A DNA stretch of 33,302 bases. Source: Candidatus Coatesbacteria bacterium. GTDB lineage: Bacteria; JAFGND01. The stretch is from contig JAFGND010000105.1 of the NCBI GenBank assembly GCA_016927185.1, positions 1 to 33,302 of the forward strand. The letters are read 5' to 3'. This document shows positions 10,082 to 17,919 of the stretch, piece by piece (positions within the stretch are counted from its first letter, which is position 1; the number at the start of each line of letters is the position of its first letter). Below the pieces are notes generated by a model. That model did no database searches and was not told the DNA's origin. It saw only the letters and a program-made list of their open reading frames with translations. The position numbers and the translations under genes are program-made.

Positions 10082-10989
10082 GTTTCCCTGATTTCAGGCA
10101 TTCTTTCTTCAATAACTTTCCAGAAATTGTCGCTTTTAGTGAAATATAAATTCCAGATCGGTACTTTCTCGAAAAGACTGCCTGCAAAGTCAAAATAAAA
10201 CCTGTTTGTATCCCTGCCATAAGAAAGTGTCATTATTGAGGACAGCAATTCCCTGAAGCCATTTATTTTTTCAATTCTGTCGTCCCTGCTTTGAACAAGG
10301 AAGAATATTGCATGAAGGGGAGCTTCCATCTGGGGGGAATTCCTGTAATCCCCGAAAAAGGGGCAACCAAGAAGCATGGGATAATTCCCGTTCATGGAGA
10401 CAACAAGCAAATCATCGCTTATGACAGGAAATTGCTTGGAAAATCCTGACACAGTGCTTTTTCCTGCACCGCTTTTTCCAGTGAATATCAAACCCAGATT
10501 GTTTCTTATTATTCCAGCTCCGTGAATGAAAGTTTGATTGCATCTTGTGAACATGTATGAAAAGCATACTCTGAAGGAATTATCAAGCATCATACTGAAG
10601 GTTTTCAAGGAATTAACCATATCAGGGCTAGTATAAGGAAGAAGTCCATAATAGCATATGTTGTTTCTGCATACTCCAAAGACATTCCAGAGAAAGGTGA
10701 AGAAAGTTCCGTCAGGGAGATATCCAGTTCTTTCCTCCACTTCCCTTGTGCTTTCCCAGTTTTCAGGAAACGGGATCTTGAAGAAAAGGATTTCAAGCAT
10801 AGGTACTTCATTTGTAATGAAGGCACTGTATCTTGACAGATCAACGCTATCCAGCAGGTCTTTCTCTATACTTACTTTGAGCGTTGCATGTCCCAGAGTG
10901 AATGACCATGCTTCTGAAAAATCCCTTTTTCCTGACTGCTCGATAATCCAGTCAGCCCATTTGAAAAATCTCTCATCAGTATTATTCAT
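10078..10989 (-). CDS. HPr-kinase/PEPCK-like P-loop kinase
   Basis: IHGAGI...IFTGKSGAGKST Walker A plus ISDD acidic motif, then PFFG and APLHAIFFL, typical of HprK-related kinases; ATGA overlap with the upstream gene. Confidence 0.75.
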   Translation of the reverse strand: MNNTDERFFKWADWIIEQSGKRDFSEAWSFTLGHATLKVSIEKDLLDSVDLSRYSAFITNEVPMLEILFFKIPFPENWESTREVEERTGYLPDGTFFTFLWNVFGVCRNNICYYGLLPYTSPDMVNSLKTFSMMLDNSFRVCFSYMFTRCNQTFIHGAGIIRNNLGLIFTGKSGAGKSTVSGFSKQFPVISDDLLVVSMNGNYPMLLGCPFFGDYRNSPQMEAPLHAIFFLVQSRDDRIEKINGFRELLSSIMTLSYGRDTNRFYFDFAGSLFEKVPIWNLYFTKSDNFWKVIEERMPEIRET

Positions 10990-12560
10990 TTCTTCCTCAG
11001 CAAGTTGAGCAGACTGTCAATCAGATTTGATATGAAGCCTTTTTCTATCATCTGATTATAGCAATCCCTGCAAAATCTCCTGTGAGTATTATAAAATGAT
11101 GGGAAAACCAGGTTTCCGCATTTGTGACAGTATGCAGGTTGACCTTTTTCATACAAAGGCATTTCCCACAATCCCTTGCCCAGAAGGAGGATCTCATCCT
11201 TGTGGACTTCAAGAACAGCAGGATAGCAGACTGTTATCTTATATAGCATGTTCTTTACATCATATCTGTCAAGTGAGCCAAGAGCCTCTTCAACCTCTCT
11301 CCATTTGTTTTTCAGAACAAGAGTATTCTTCAGATTTGCAAGATTTCTGAAAAAATCTCTCAACACAGGATTCAGTGTTAAATCATCGTACATAACAGAG
11401 ATTTCCTTCTGATATGCCTGCCATTTCTTTATCTGATGCAGCCAGTAATTTATTCTCCTTGAAAGCATGAAGGTTATTGTCTCGCAATTGACTTTCACTT
11501 TCTGGAGAGCATAGAAAGCTGCATCAGGATTTGCCCTGAATGAATCCTCAAAAAGGTTTACATTCATGTTTTCCCCAGTATGCTCTGTATCGATTAGCTC
11601 TTCAAGTGCTTTTAATAATACATCCGGAAACAAGGGATCAGCAGAAAGATAGTCTATTTCCTTTCTTGATCTTGTTTTCCTCAATAATTCATTGAAACCC
11701 TCTTCATATGAGATGTTTGGCTTCTGGAGCGAGTAGATGCATTTGTAAAGTTCGTTTGCATAAGCCAGATCCCCTAACTCTATTATATAATTGAACAGTG
11801 GCTTGAAGTTTTCGGCAAAATGAAAGCACAAGGCAGGCGTGGAAGTCAGACTGAATCTTGACAGGACTTCCCTGAATTTGTCGAAATCTCCCATTTCAAA
11901 GCATATCCTTATTATATTGAAATAGAAATATGTATCTTCATAGGAAGGAGATTTTGACTTAACTACTTTCTTTTCCAGCATGTTTAATGCAGCATCATAA
12001 TGAGTATATTTTCTCAGGATATTTACATAATCGAAGAAGTATTTGATATTATTGGGATCCAGTTCGTATGCATATTTAAGTTCTTCCTCAGCCATTATTT
12101 TTTCATCAATTTCCTCAAACAGCATTCCCCTTGTATGCCTGAATTGGGGATTCTTTGGTTCGTATTCAATTGCCTTGTTTACCTGCATCAATCCCTGCCT
12201 GAAATTATTAATCCTGAGGAATGAAATGCCAAGGAAATAATGTAATTCGCCTATTTCCGGGCATAATACAATCAATTTCTTCAGGCAATTTATTGAGGAA
12301 TCATAGTTTTCCATATCGAAACTTTGCTTGGCTCTATCATACAGATCAAAATATATGTTTCCAAACTTCAATGTTGCATCATATGTTTTTCTGGTTACTG
12401 GATTTTTCAATGTCTCATAAGCTTTTCTCAATATCTTGAATTCCTCTGGAGATTTCTCTGGTGAGTATTTATGAAGAAGGTCAATATATGCCTTTTTTAT
12501 GGCAATTATATCTGCATTTCTGGATATATTCAGCAATGAATAATAATTATCGAAATTCAT
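10986..12560 (-). CDS. J-domain (DnaJ-like) + TPR protein with C-terminal CxxC...CxxC motif
   Basis: NYYSLLNISRNADIIAIKKAY...EEFKILRKAYETLKNPVTRKTYD J-domain; several TPRs; CHKC...CRDC. Start placed at ATG 12560, just after the kinase stop. Confidence 0.8.
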   Translation of the reverse strand: MNFDNYYSLLNISRNADIIAIKKAYIDLLHKYSPEKSPEEFKILRKAYETLKNPVTRKTYDATLKFGNIYFDLYDRAKQSFDMENYDSSINCLKKLIVLCPEIGELHYFLGISFLRINNFRQGLMQVNKAIEYEPKNPQFRHTRGMLFEEIDEKIMAEEELKYAYELDPNNIKYFFDYVNILRKYTHYDAALNMLEKKVVKSKSPSYEDTYFYFNIIRICFEMGDFDKFREVLSRFSLTSTPALCFHFAENFKPLFNYIIELGDLAYANELYKCIYSLQKPNISYEEGFNELLRKTRSRKEIDYLSADPLFPDVLLKALEELIDTEHTGENMNVNLFEDSFRANPDAAFYALQKVKVNCETITFMLSRRINYWLHQIKKWQAYQKEISVMYDDLTLNPVLRDFFRNLANLKNTLVLKNKWREVEEALGSLDRYDVKNMLYKITVCYPAVLEVHKDEILLLGKGLWEMPLYEKGQPAYCHKCGNLVFPSFYNTHRRFCRDCYNQMIEKGFISNLIDSLLNLLRKK

Positions 12561-12561
12561 T

Positions 12562-14550
12562 TCACTGGACGCATCTGAATCCAAGATCTCCAGCCTGGGT
12601 AGTGGGAGCTGTCTTGTTTCTAACAAAAACCTTTGCACTGAGGAAATGAGTCTTGAATGATCCTCCCCTTATGACTTTTTCCCTGCCCTTGTTCGGTCCT
12701 TTCGGATCCAGTCCGCTTGCCTTGGAGTAATAAGCAGGATCATACCAGTCATAACACCATTGCCAAACATTCCCTACTGGATCAAAGATGAAGTACTTGT
12801 TTGGATCAAGAGCATTTACTGGAGATCTCTTGTTATATACATCATCGTCTATCTTTCCGAGCAGGTTATAGTATCCAAGTCCCTGATGTTCTCCTTTTGG
12901 ATATGCCTTCTGCTCCAGTCCGCCTCTCATTGCATATTCCCATTCAGCTTCAGTTGGTAATCTTGTTCCTGCCCATTTGCAATAAGCAACTGCACCTAGC
13001 CAGCTAACCCCAACTACCGGGTATTTCTCCATTTTCTCTCTTACCTGCCATACTTTATCCTTGAACATTATGAAATACTCGTTTACTTCAAGGCTCAGAA
13101 GATCCTTTATTTCTTCCTCGTCAAGTCCTTCTTCATTAAGGAATTTTACATACTGGCTGCATGTAACCAGATGCTTGTAAATCCAGTAGCCATGCATATT
13201 AACTGTATGGATTGGTCTTGTATCCTCATCTCCCATGGAAGATCCCATTGAGAAACTGCCTGGAGAAGCTATCCAGCGCATCTCAGCTCCATCCTTTGTA
13301 TTGAATTTCGTATCTACTCCCTGAGGTGGTGGTATACTCTCTACATTAGAGAAATCAGCTTCAAAAGCGGAACTGTATGAGAAGAAAGTTGTATAAATAA
13401 TCGCAGATACTATGAATATCGCTGCAATCAAAAGCAGTCTCAGGGTGGACACCGGTTTTCCTATAGTCTTGCTTTGAAGCCATTCAAGGAACAAACTCAA
13501 AGTGAATTTGTTACCCTCACTATCTACCACTCTTGTCTGCGCAATTGTATCTCTTTCAGATCTGTATCTTATTGACAGAAGATAATCAGGAACTCTTTTT
13601 GATTCCAGTGAGAGCAAGAGCTCATGCATTGTAGAAAAACGTTTTGTTTTTTCCTTTGCAAGACATACCAGTACAATTTCATCTATAAGCCGGGGAACTT
13701 CCCTTCTGTGAAGCGTTATTGCGGTAGGCTCTTCATGAACCTGCTTGTAAAGTATAGTTGCAGCAGAATCTCCTGAAAATGGACATTTCCCGACAACCAT
13801 TTCATAGAATATTATTCCCATGCTGTAAATATCTGACCTGTTATCAACTTTTCTCAAGTCCTGCACCTGTTCTGGAGACATGTACTGGGGAGTTCCCATC
13901 TGATCCCCTGTCATTGTAAGTTTCTTTTCACCAGCGATTCCTGCTATTCCGAAATCAACAAGGTAAACCTCTCCCTGGTCGTCGAACATTATGTTTGCAG
14001 GTTTCAAATCCCTGTGGATTACCCCCTGATCATGAGCATAAGCAAGAGCTTCGCACATTTTCTTGAATATAGGGACTGCTTCATCAGGATAAAGTCTTCT
14101 TTTTTCCTTGAGAACGTCTTTTAATGTTCCACCTGATAGATAGTCCATCACGAAGAAATGATAACCCTTGTTGCTTCCTATTTCATGAATTGGTATGATA
14201 TTTGGATGCCTCAGTTTGCCGGCAATCTGTGCTTCCCTCTTGAATCTTGCGATAAGCTCCTCTTCTTCAGCATAGCTATCAAGAAGAACCTTTATTGCTA
14301 CCTTTCTGTTCAGTTCCTTATCAATAGCGAGGTAGACAATTGCCATTCCGCCAGATGCGATTTTTTCGACAAGATCATATTTGGGGGGAAGTGCTTCTTT
14401 CAAGGCTTGCGGAATTGCAGCTTTTTTCTGGGGGACTTTTACTTTTTCTTCTTCCTCTTTTGATACTTTTCTTCCGCAGTTGGGACAGAATACGAAGTTA
14501 TCAGAAACGCCCTGACCGCAGTGATTGCAAAACCTTGTCTTTGAATCCAT
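12562..14550 (-). CDS. Membrane Hanks-type Ser/Thr kinase with N-terminal zinc ribbon and C-terminal FGE-sulfatase (SUMF1/CLec) domain
   Basis: CNHCG..FCPNCG; GGMAIVY, VAIK, HRDLKPAN, DFG, GTPQYMSPE; one TM helix; FSMGS, RLPTEAEWEYA, GNVWQW, VIRGGSF, LGFRCV. Confidence 0.92.
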   Translation of the reverse strand: MDSKTRFCNHCGQGVSDNFVFCPNCGRKVSKEEEEKVKVPQKKAAIPQALKEALPPKYDLVEKIASGGMAIVYLAIDKELNRKVAIKVLLDSYAEEEELIARFKREAQIAGKLRHPNIIPIHEIGSNKGYHFFVMDYLSGGTLKDVLKEKRRLYPDEAVPIFKKMCEALAYAHDQGVIHRDLKPANIMFDDQGEVYLVDFGIAGIAGEKKLTMTGDQMGTPQYMSPEQVQDLRKVDNRSDIYSMGIIFYEMVVGKCPFSGDSAATILYKQVHEEPTAITLHRREVPRLIDEIVLVCLAKEKTKRFSTMHELLLSLESKRVPDYLLSIRYRSERDTIAQTRVVDSEGNKFTLSLFLEWLQSKTIGKPVSTLRLLLIAAIFIVSAIIYTTFFSYSSAFEADFSNVESIPPPQGVDTKFNTKDGAEMRWIASPGSFSMGSSMGDEDTRPIHTVNMHGYWIYKHLVTCSQYVKFLNEEGLDEEEIKDLLSLEVNEYFIMFKDKVWQVREKMEKYPVVGVSWLGAVAYCKWAGTRLPTEAEWEYAMRGGLEQKAYPKGEHQGLGYYNLLGKIDDDVYNKRSPVNALDPNKYFIFDPVGNVWQWCYDWYDPAYYSKASGLDPKGPNKGREKVIRGGSFKTHFLSAKVFVRNKTAPTTQAGDLGFRCVQ

Positions 14551-14598
14551 GAAGTAAAACCTTCAGTATGAAGCAATAATGTCAAGAAAAGAATTATG

Positions 14599-14727
14599 CT
14601 ATAGCCCCTTGAAATATTTAACTAAGTTATCAGGAAGCAAGAGAATTCTAATTACAAGATTGTTTATATGAAAAGATTCTTTCTTGATTCTCTCAATGAT
14701 AGAGGGATTGAGTTTATATACTCTCAT
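14599..14727 (-). CDS. Possible 42-aa small ORF or gene remnant
   Basis: GAAGGAATT then ATG; MRVYKLNPSIIERIKKESFHINNLVIRILLLPDNLVKYFKGL*; no recognisable family. Confidence 0.25.
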   Translation of the reverse strand: MRVYKLNPSIIERIKKESFHINNLVIRILLLPDNLVKYFKGL

Positions 14728-14780
14728 AATTCCTTCTTCTCTCTATTAGAAGTGGAGGAATGATGAGGGTTAGAAAGAGC

Positions 14781-14806
14781 AAAGCACAGGGGAAATCCTG
14801 CGCTTT
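14781..14806 (-). terminator. Intrinsic terminator after the propeller gene pair
   Basis: Minus strand AAAGCGCAGG-ATTTCC-CCTGTGCTTT (10-bp stem with one G-U pair) 5 nt after the stop at 14812, followed by a pyrimidine-rich tail. Confidence 0.65.
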
Positions 14807-14811
14807 TCAAT

Positions 14812-15012
14812 CTAGTTAATCTTTACAATCCTCTTTGTTTCCTTCCCAGCCTTCACTATATAAACTCCCTCTCTCCATTTGCTTGTATCAATAGAATGCT
14901 TGCCTTTATCGAGGTTCATAATCAGCTGACCGGTCAGGGAATAGATTGCTCCTGAAGTAGGCAGGGAGAGAGACAATCTGGAGGAGAAGGGGTTGGGGGA
15001 AATGGAGAAGGA
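14812..15012 (-). repeat. Sorting-domain repeat, copy 1 (201 bp)
   Basis: Differs from 16295-16495 at 14 of 201 nt by my count; colinear with 32930-33130. Confidence 0.95.
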
Positions 15013-15360
15013 CTGCCTTGGTAAATATTTACCTGATTTCTTACTTGTAATATCAAGAATATCAACTATTGAAAAAAAACTGTCACTTCTGTCAGAAGTT
15101 GTTCCATGCAAGTCAGTTACTTCAATAAGGCACCTGTTTGAATGAGTATTAGGTATAGTCCATTGATAAATACCCTCACCAGCCGGCACTTCAGCAATAT
15201 CTATCCATTGATTTCCAGCATCAGTACTATATTTTATTGAAACAGAATCAACATACATGCTTCCCCAAATAATGTCATGAACTGTGCCAATAAGCCATTT
15301 TTCTCCTCCGTTAGGAGTATCGACTTTAATAACAGTATCTCCTGGTTCCATTGTTTCTAT

Positions 15361-16210
15361 GGCATAAAGATAACCACTATCATAAACACCACCACTTCCA
15401 ATATAAACAACTCCATCTGAGACACAGGGAGAAGAGATCTGAGCTCCCTGCGTCTCAGATCTCCAAACCAGAACTCCATTTGAGCAGTTTATTGAATAAA
15501 TATATACTTTACCTTCAATATGTCTTTCACCATTTTGAACATAAACAACTCCATCTGAGACACAAGGAGAGGAGGAAATATAATCACCTGTCTCATATCT
15601 CCATTTAAGAGTTCCATCTGAACAGTTTATTGCATAGAGATAATTGTCACTACTTCCAACATAAACAACTCCATCTGAGACACAAGGAGAGGACCAAATA
15701 TTACCACCTGTAAGATATCTCCATTTAAGAGTTCCATCTGAGCAGTTTATTGCATAAAGATAATTATCAGTACTTCCGACATAAACAACTCCATCTGAGA
15801 CACAAGGGGAAGAATAAACAGTATTACCTGTCCTATATCTCCATTTAAGAGTCCCATCAGAGCAGTTTATTGCATAAAGGAACCAATCATAACTTCCAAC
15901 ATAAACAACTCAATCTGAAACACAAGGGGAAGAATAAACAGTATAAAGTATCGGGTATCTCCATTTAAGAGTTCCATTTGAACAGTACAGTGCATAAAGA
16001 TAACTGCCTTCATAAACACCAGCACTTGCAAGATAAACAACTCCATCTGAGACACAAGGTGAGGAGTAAACATAATCAACTGTCTTATAACTCCATTTAA
16101 GAGTTCCATCAGAGCAGTTTATTGCATAAAGATAATGATAAGCCCCAACATAAACAACTCCATCAGAGACACAAGGAGAGGATTCACTGTAAGCTGTCTG
16201 ATATTTCCAT
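15361..16210 (-). repeat. Intragenic tandem array of seven ~120-bp (40-aa) propeller-blade repeats
   Basis: ATAAACAACTC-anchored units at 15403, 15541, 15661, 15781, 15901, 16034 and 16150; units 15541-15660 and 15661-15780 differ at 12 of 120 nt by my count. Confidence 0.95.
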
Positions 16211-16294
16211 ATCAAATCCCCTGGAGCTGAAAAAAGAGAAGATGCTAATGATAGCAGAATTATAATAATTAAAAGATTTCTCATTTTAAACTCC

Positions 16295-16495
16295 TTAATT
16301 AATCTTTACAATCCTCTTTGTTTCCTTCCCAGCCTTCACTATATAAACTCCCTCTCTCCATTTGCTTGTATAAAGTTCATGCTTACCTTTATCTAATTTC
16401 ATAATCAGATGACCGGTCAGGGAATAGATAGCCCCTGAAGTAGGCAGGGAGAGAGACAATCTGGAGGAGAAGGGGTTGGGGGAAATGGAGAAGGA
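16295..16495 (-). repeat. Sorting-domain repeat, copy 2 (201 bp)
   Basis: Near-identical to 14812-15012, including long runs of identical synonymous sites. Confidence 0.95.
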
Positions 16496-17515
16496 TTTGG
16501 AAGGAAGCGATGAAGTTTTATAGTTACTATCAAAGTCTGTTTCCTGCAATGGACTGAAGGAAATTGACTCTATTGTCATATCAGAGTTATTCCTGAATGA
16601 TTTTATTAAATGACCGTCTGTTAAATCAAAGTAATTTGACTGGCGAAGAGTTCCTGAAAGACATTTGCTGCCATCAAAACTGATGGCAAGGCTAGACATT
16701 CAACTGCAATCATCCTTGAATTCGAAAATTTTCACTCCATCTGCTAATCTCCAGTAATAGAAAAAATCAAACTGTCCTCCAAGAGCGTAATTCCCGTCAG
16801 GGGAAAACAATACTTCATTGAAGCCACTTGCCCCTTCGAATTTCCGTAGTATGACACCATCTTCAAGTCTTCTGTAAATCATTGTTTTACTGTGATCACC
16901 TGAAAGCAGATATTTGCCGTCAGGACTTATTGCAATAGACATTATAGGGGAATCGTGCCCTTGAAAAGTCTTCAGGCAGTTTCCTGTTTCAATATCCCAG
17001 TACCTGATTGTCATGTCACCACTTCCAGATACTATATATTTTCCATCAGGGCTTATCTTTACTGAAATTATCATGTCAGTATGGCCTTCGAAAGTCTTTT
17101 CATTTGATGGATTTGCGATTTCCCAGTATTTCACTGAATGCTTGGAAGCATCCATTTTTGGATTGTCGCTTTCTCCTGAAGATGCAACAAACCTGTCATC
17201 TGGCGAGAAAACAGAACTCATTACATTATATTTATGACCTTTATATACAAGAAGGCACTTGCCATCGCTGAATCTCCAGTATCTAACTGTTCCATCAGAA
17301 CTTCCTGAAAGAATATATTCACCACATGAGCTGACATCCACTGACCAGACACTTGAGGAGTGACCTGCAAGAGTTCTTATGCATGCTCCATCACTTATCC
17401 TGTAACACCTGACAAAACCGGTTGAAGAACCTGTCACGAAATATTTAGCTTCTTCTGACTGAATGCCTGAGCTCAGCAATAGCAACATGATTGAAATCAA
17501 GATCCCCATTTTCAT
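16295..17515 (-). pseudogene. Secreted WD40-repeat beta-propeller + T9SS-type sorting domain; one frame with a single in-frame TGA (16700-16702); nonsense allele or recoded
   Basis: AGGAGG RBS before ATG 17515; signal peptide; GH...SGS.D.T.RYW WD40 repeats; the track ORFs 16700..17542 and 16295..16699 abut in frame and the last WD blade spans the TGA. Confidence 0.85.
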
Positions 17516-17544
17516 AATTAGAACCTCCTGATAATCTATCAAGT

Positions 17545-17574
17545 ATAATAGAAAACTTAAGCTTAATGAGTCAA
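17545..17574 (-). promoter_or_regulatory. Putative sigma-70 promoter for the WD40/PQQ gene pair
   Basis: Minus strand TTGACT-18 nt-TATTAT, about 30 nt upstream of ATG 17515. Confidence 0.5.
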
Positions 17575-17919
17575 GAGGAAAATGATTTTGGAATAATCTA
17601 GCCCCTAGACATCATGGACTGACTTATGGGGAAGTAATATTAATGGAAGTATTGGGAAAGGAAATGAGATATCTGGAACTTAAGGAAATAAAAAGTTGTT
17701 TCCACGATTAACTTTGAAAATTGTTTAACATAAACTCCCCATTCAAAAACCTATTTTTTAACTGCCCTATAATACTATATAAATCAATACTTTATATAAA
17801 ATATCAACAAAAGGTCACTTATAAAATATGGAAAGATGAAGAAAGGAGGTGAAAAAGGAGGGATACATCAATAGAGGATTTTACTTGAAAAAAATAAGCT
17901 TAATCTGAACCTGACAATC

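Larger units (their letters stand above)
14812..16284 (-). pseudogene. Secreted PQQ-like (BamB-type repeat) beta-propeller + Ig-like domain + T9SS-type sorting domain; one 491-codon frame with a single in-frame TGA (15910-15912); nonsense allele or recoded
   Basis: AGGAG RBS and signal peptide; track ORFs 15910..16284 and 14812..15351 are in the same frame and the interval between them translates openly as further SSPCVSDGVVY repeats; TPNGGE..W Ig-like domain; SPNPF...GVYIV C-terminal domain. Confidence 0.85.

Noticed and set aside
10078-10989. Lasso-peptide/RiPP cluster around the HprK-like kinase
   Set aside because: No PqqD/RRE protein, cyclase, peptidase or credible precursor nearby.
12562-12800. 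Diversity-generating retroelement target (C-terminal FGE/CLec domain)
   Set aside because: No reverse transcriptase and no second, adenine-variant copy of this region in the window; a remote template cannot be excluded.
15867-16109. Alternative-frame ORF as a frameshift continuation of the PQQ gene
   Set aside because: The original frame continues cleanly past the TGA; this ORF is a shadow of the repeat.
15361-16210. CRISPR array (conserved ~30-nt blocks with variable spacers)
   Set aside because: The period is a multiple of three, two different constant blocks alternate, it translates as propeller blades, and no cas genes are present.
14812-17515. Genome-wide UGA reassignment (code 4 or 25) as the explanation for the in-frame TGAs
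   Set aside because: TGA is a real terminator at several genes, including overlapping junctions (10986, 19383, 23446, 31034), and long housekeeping genes such as recG contain no internal TGA.
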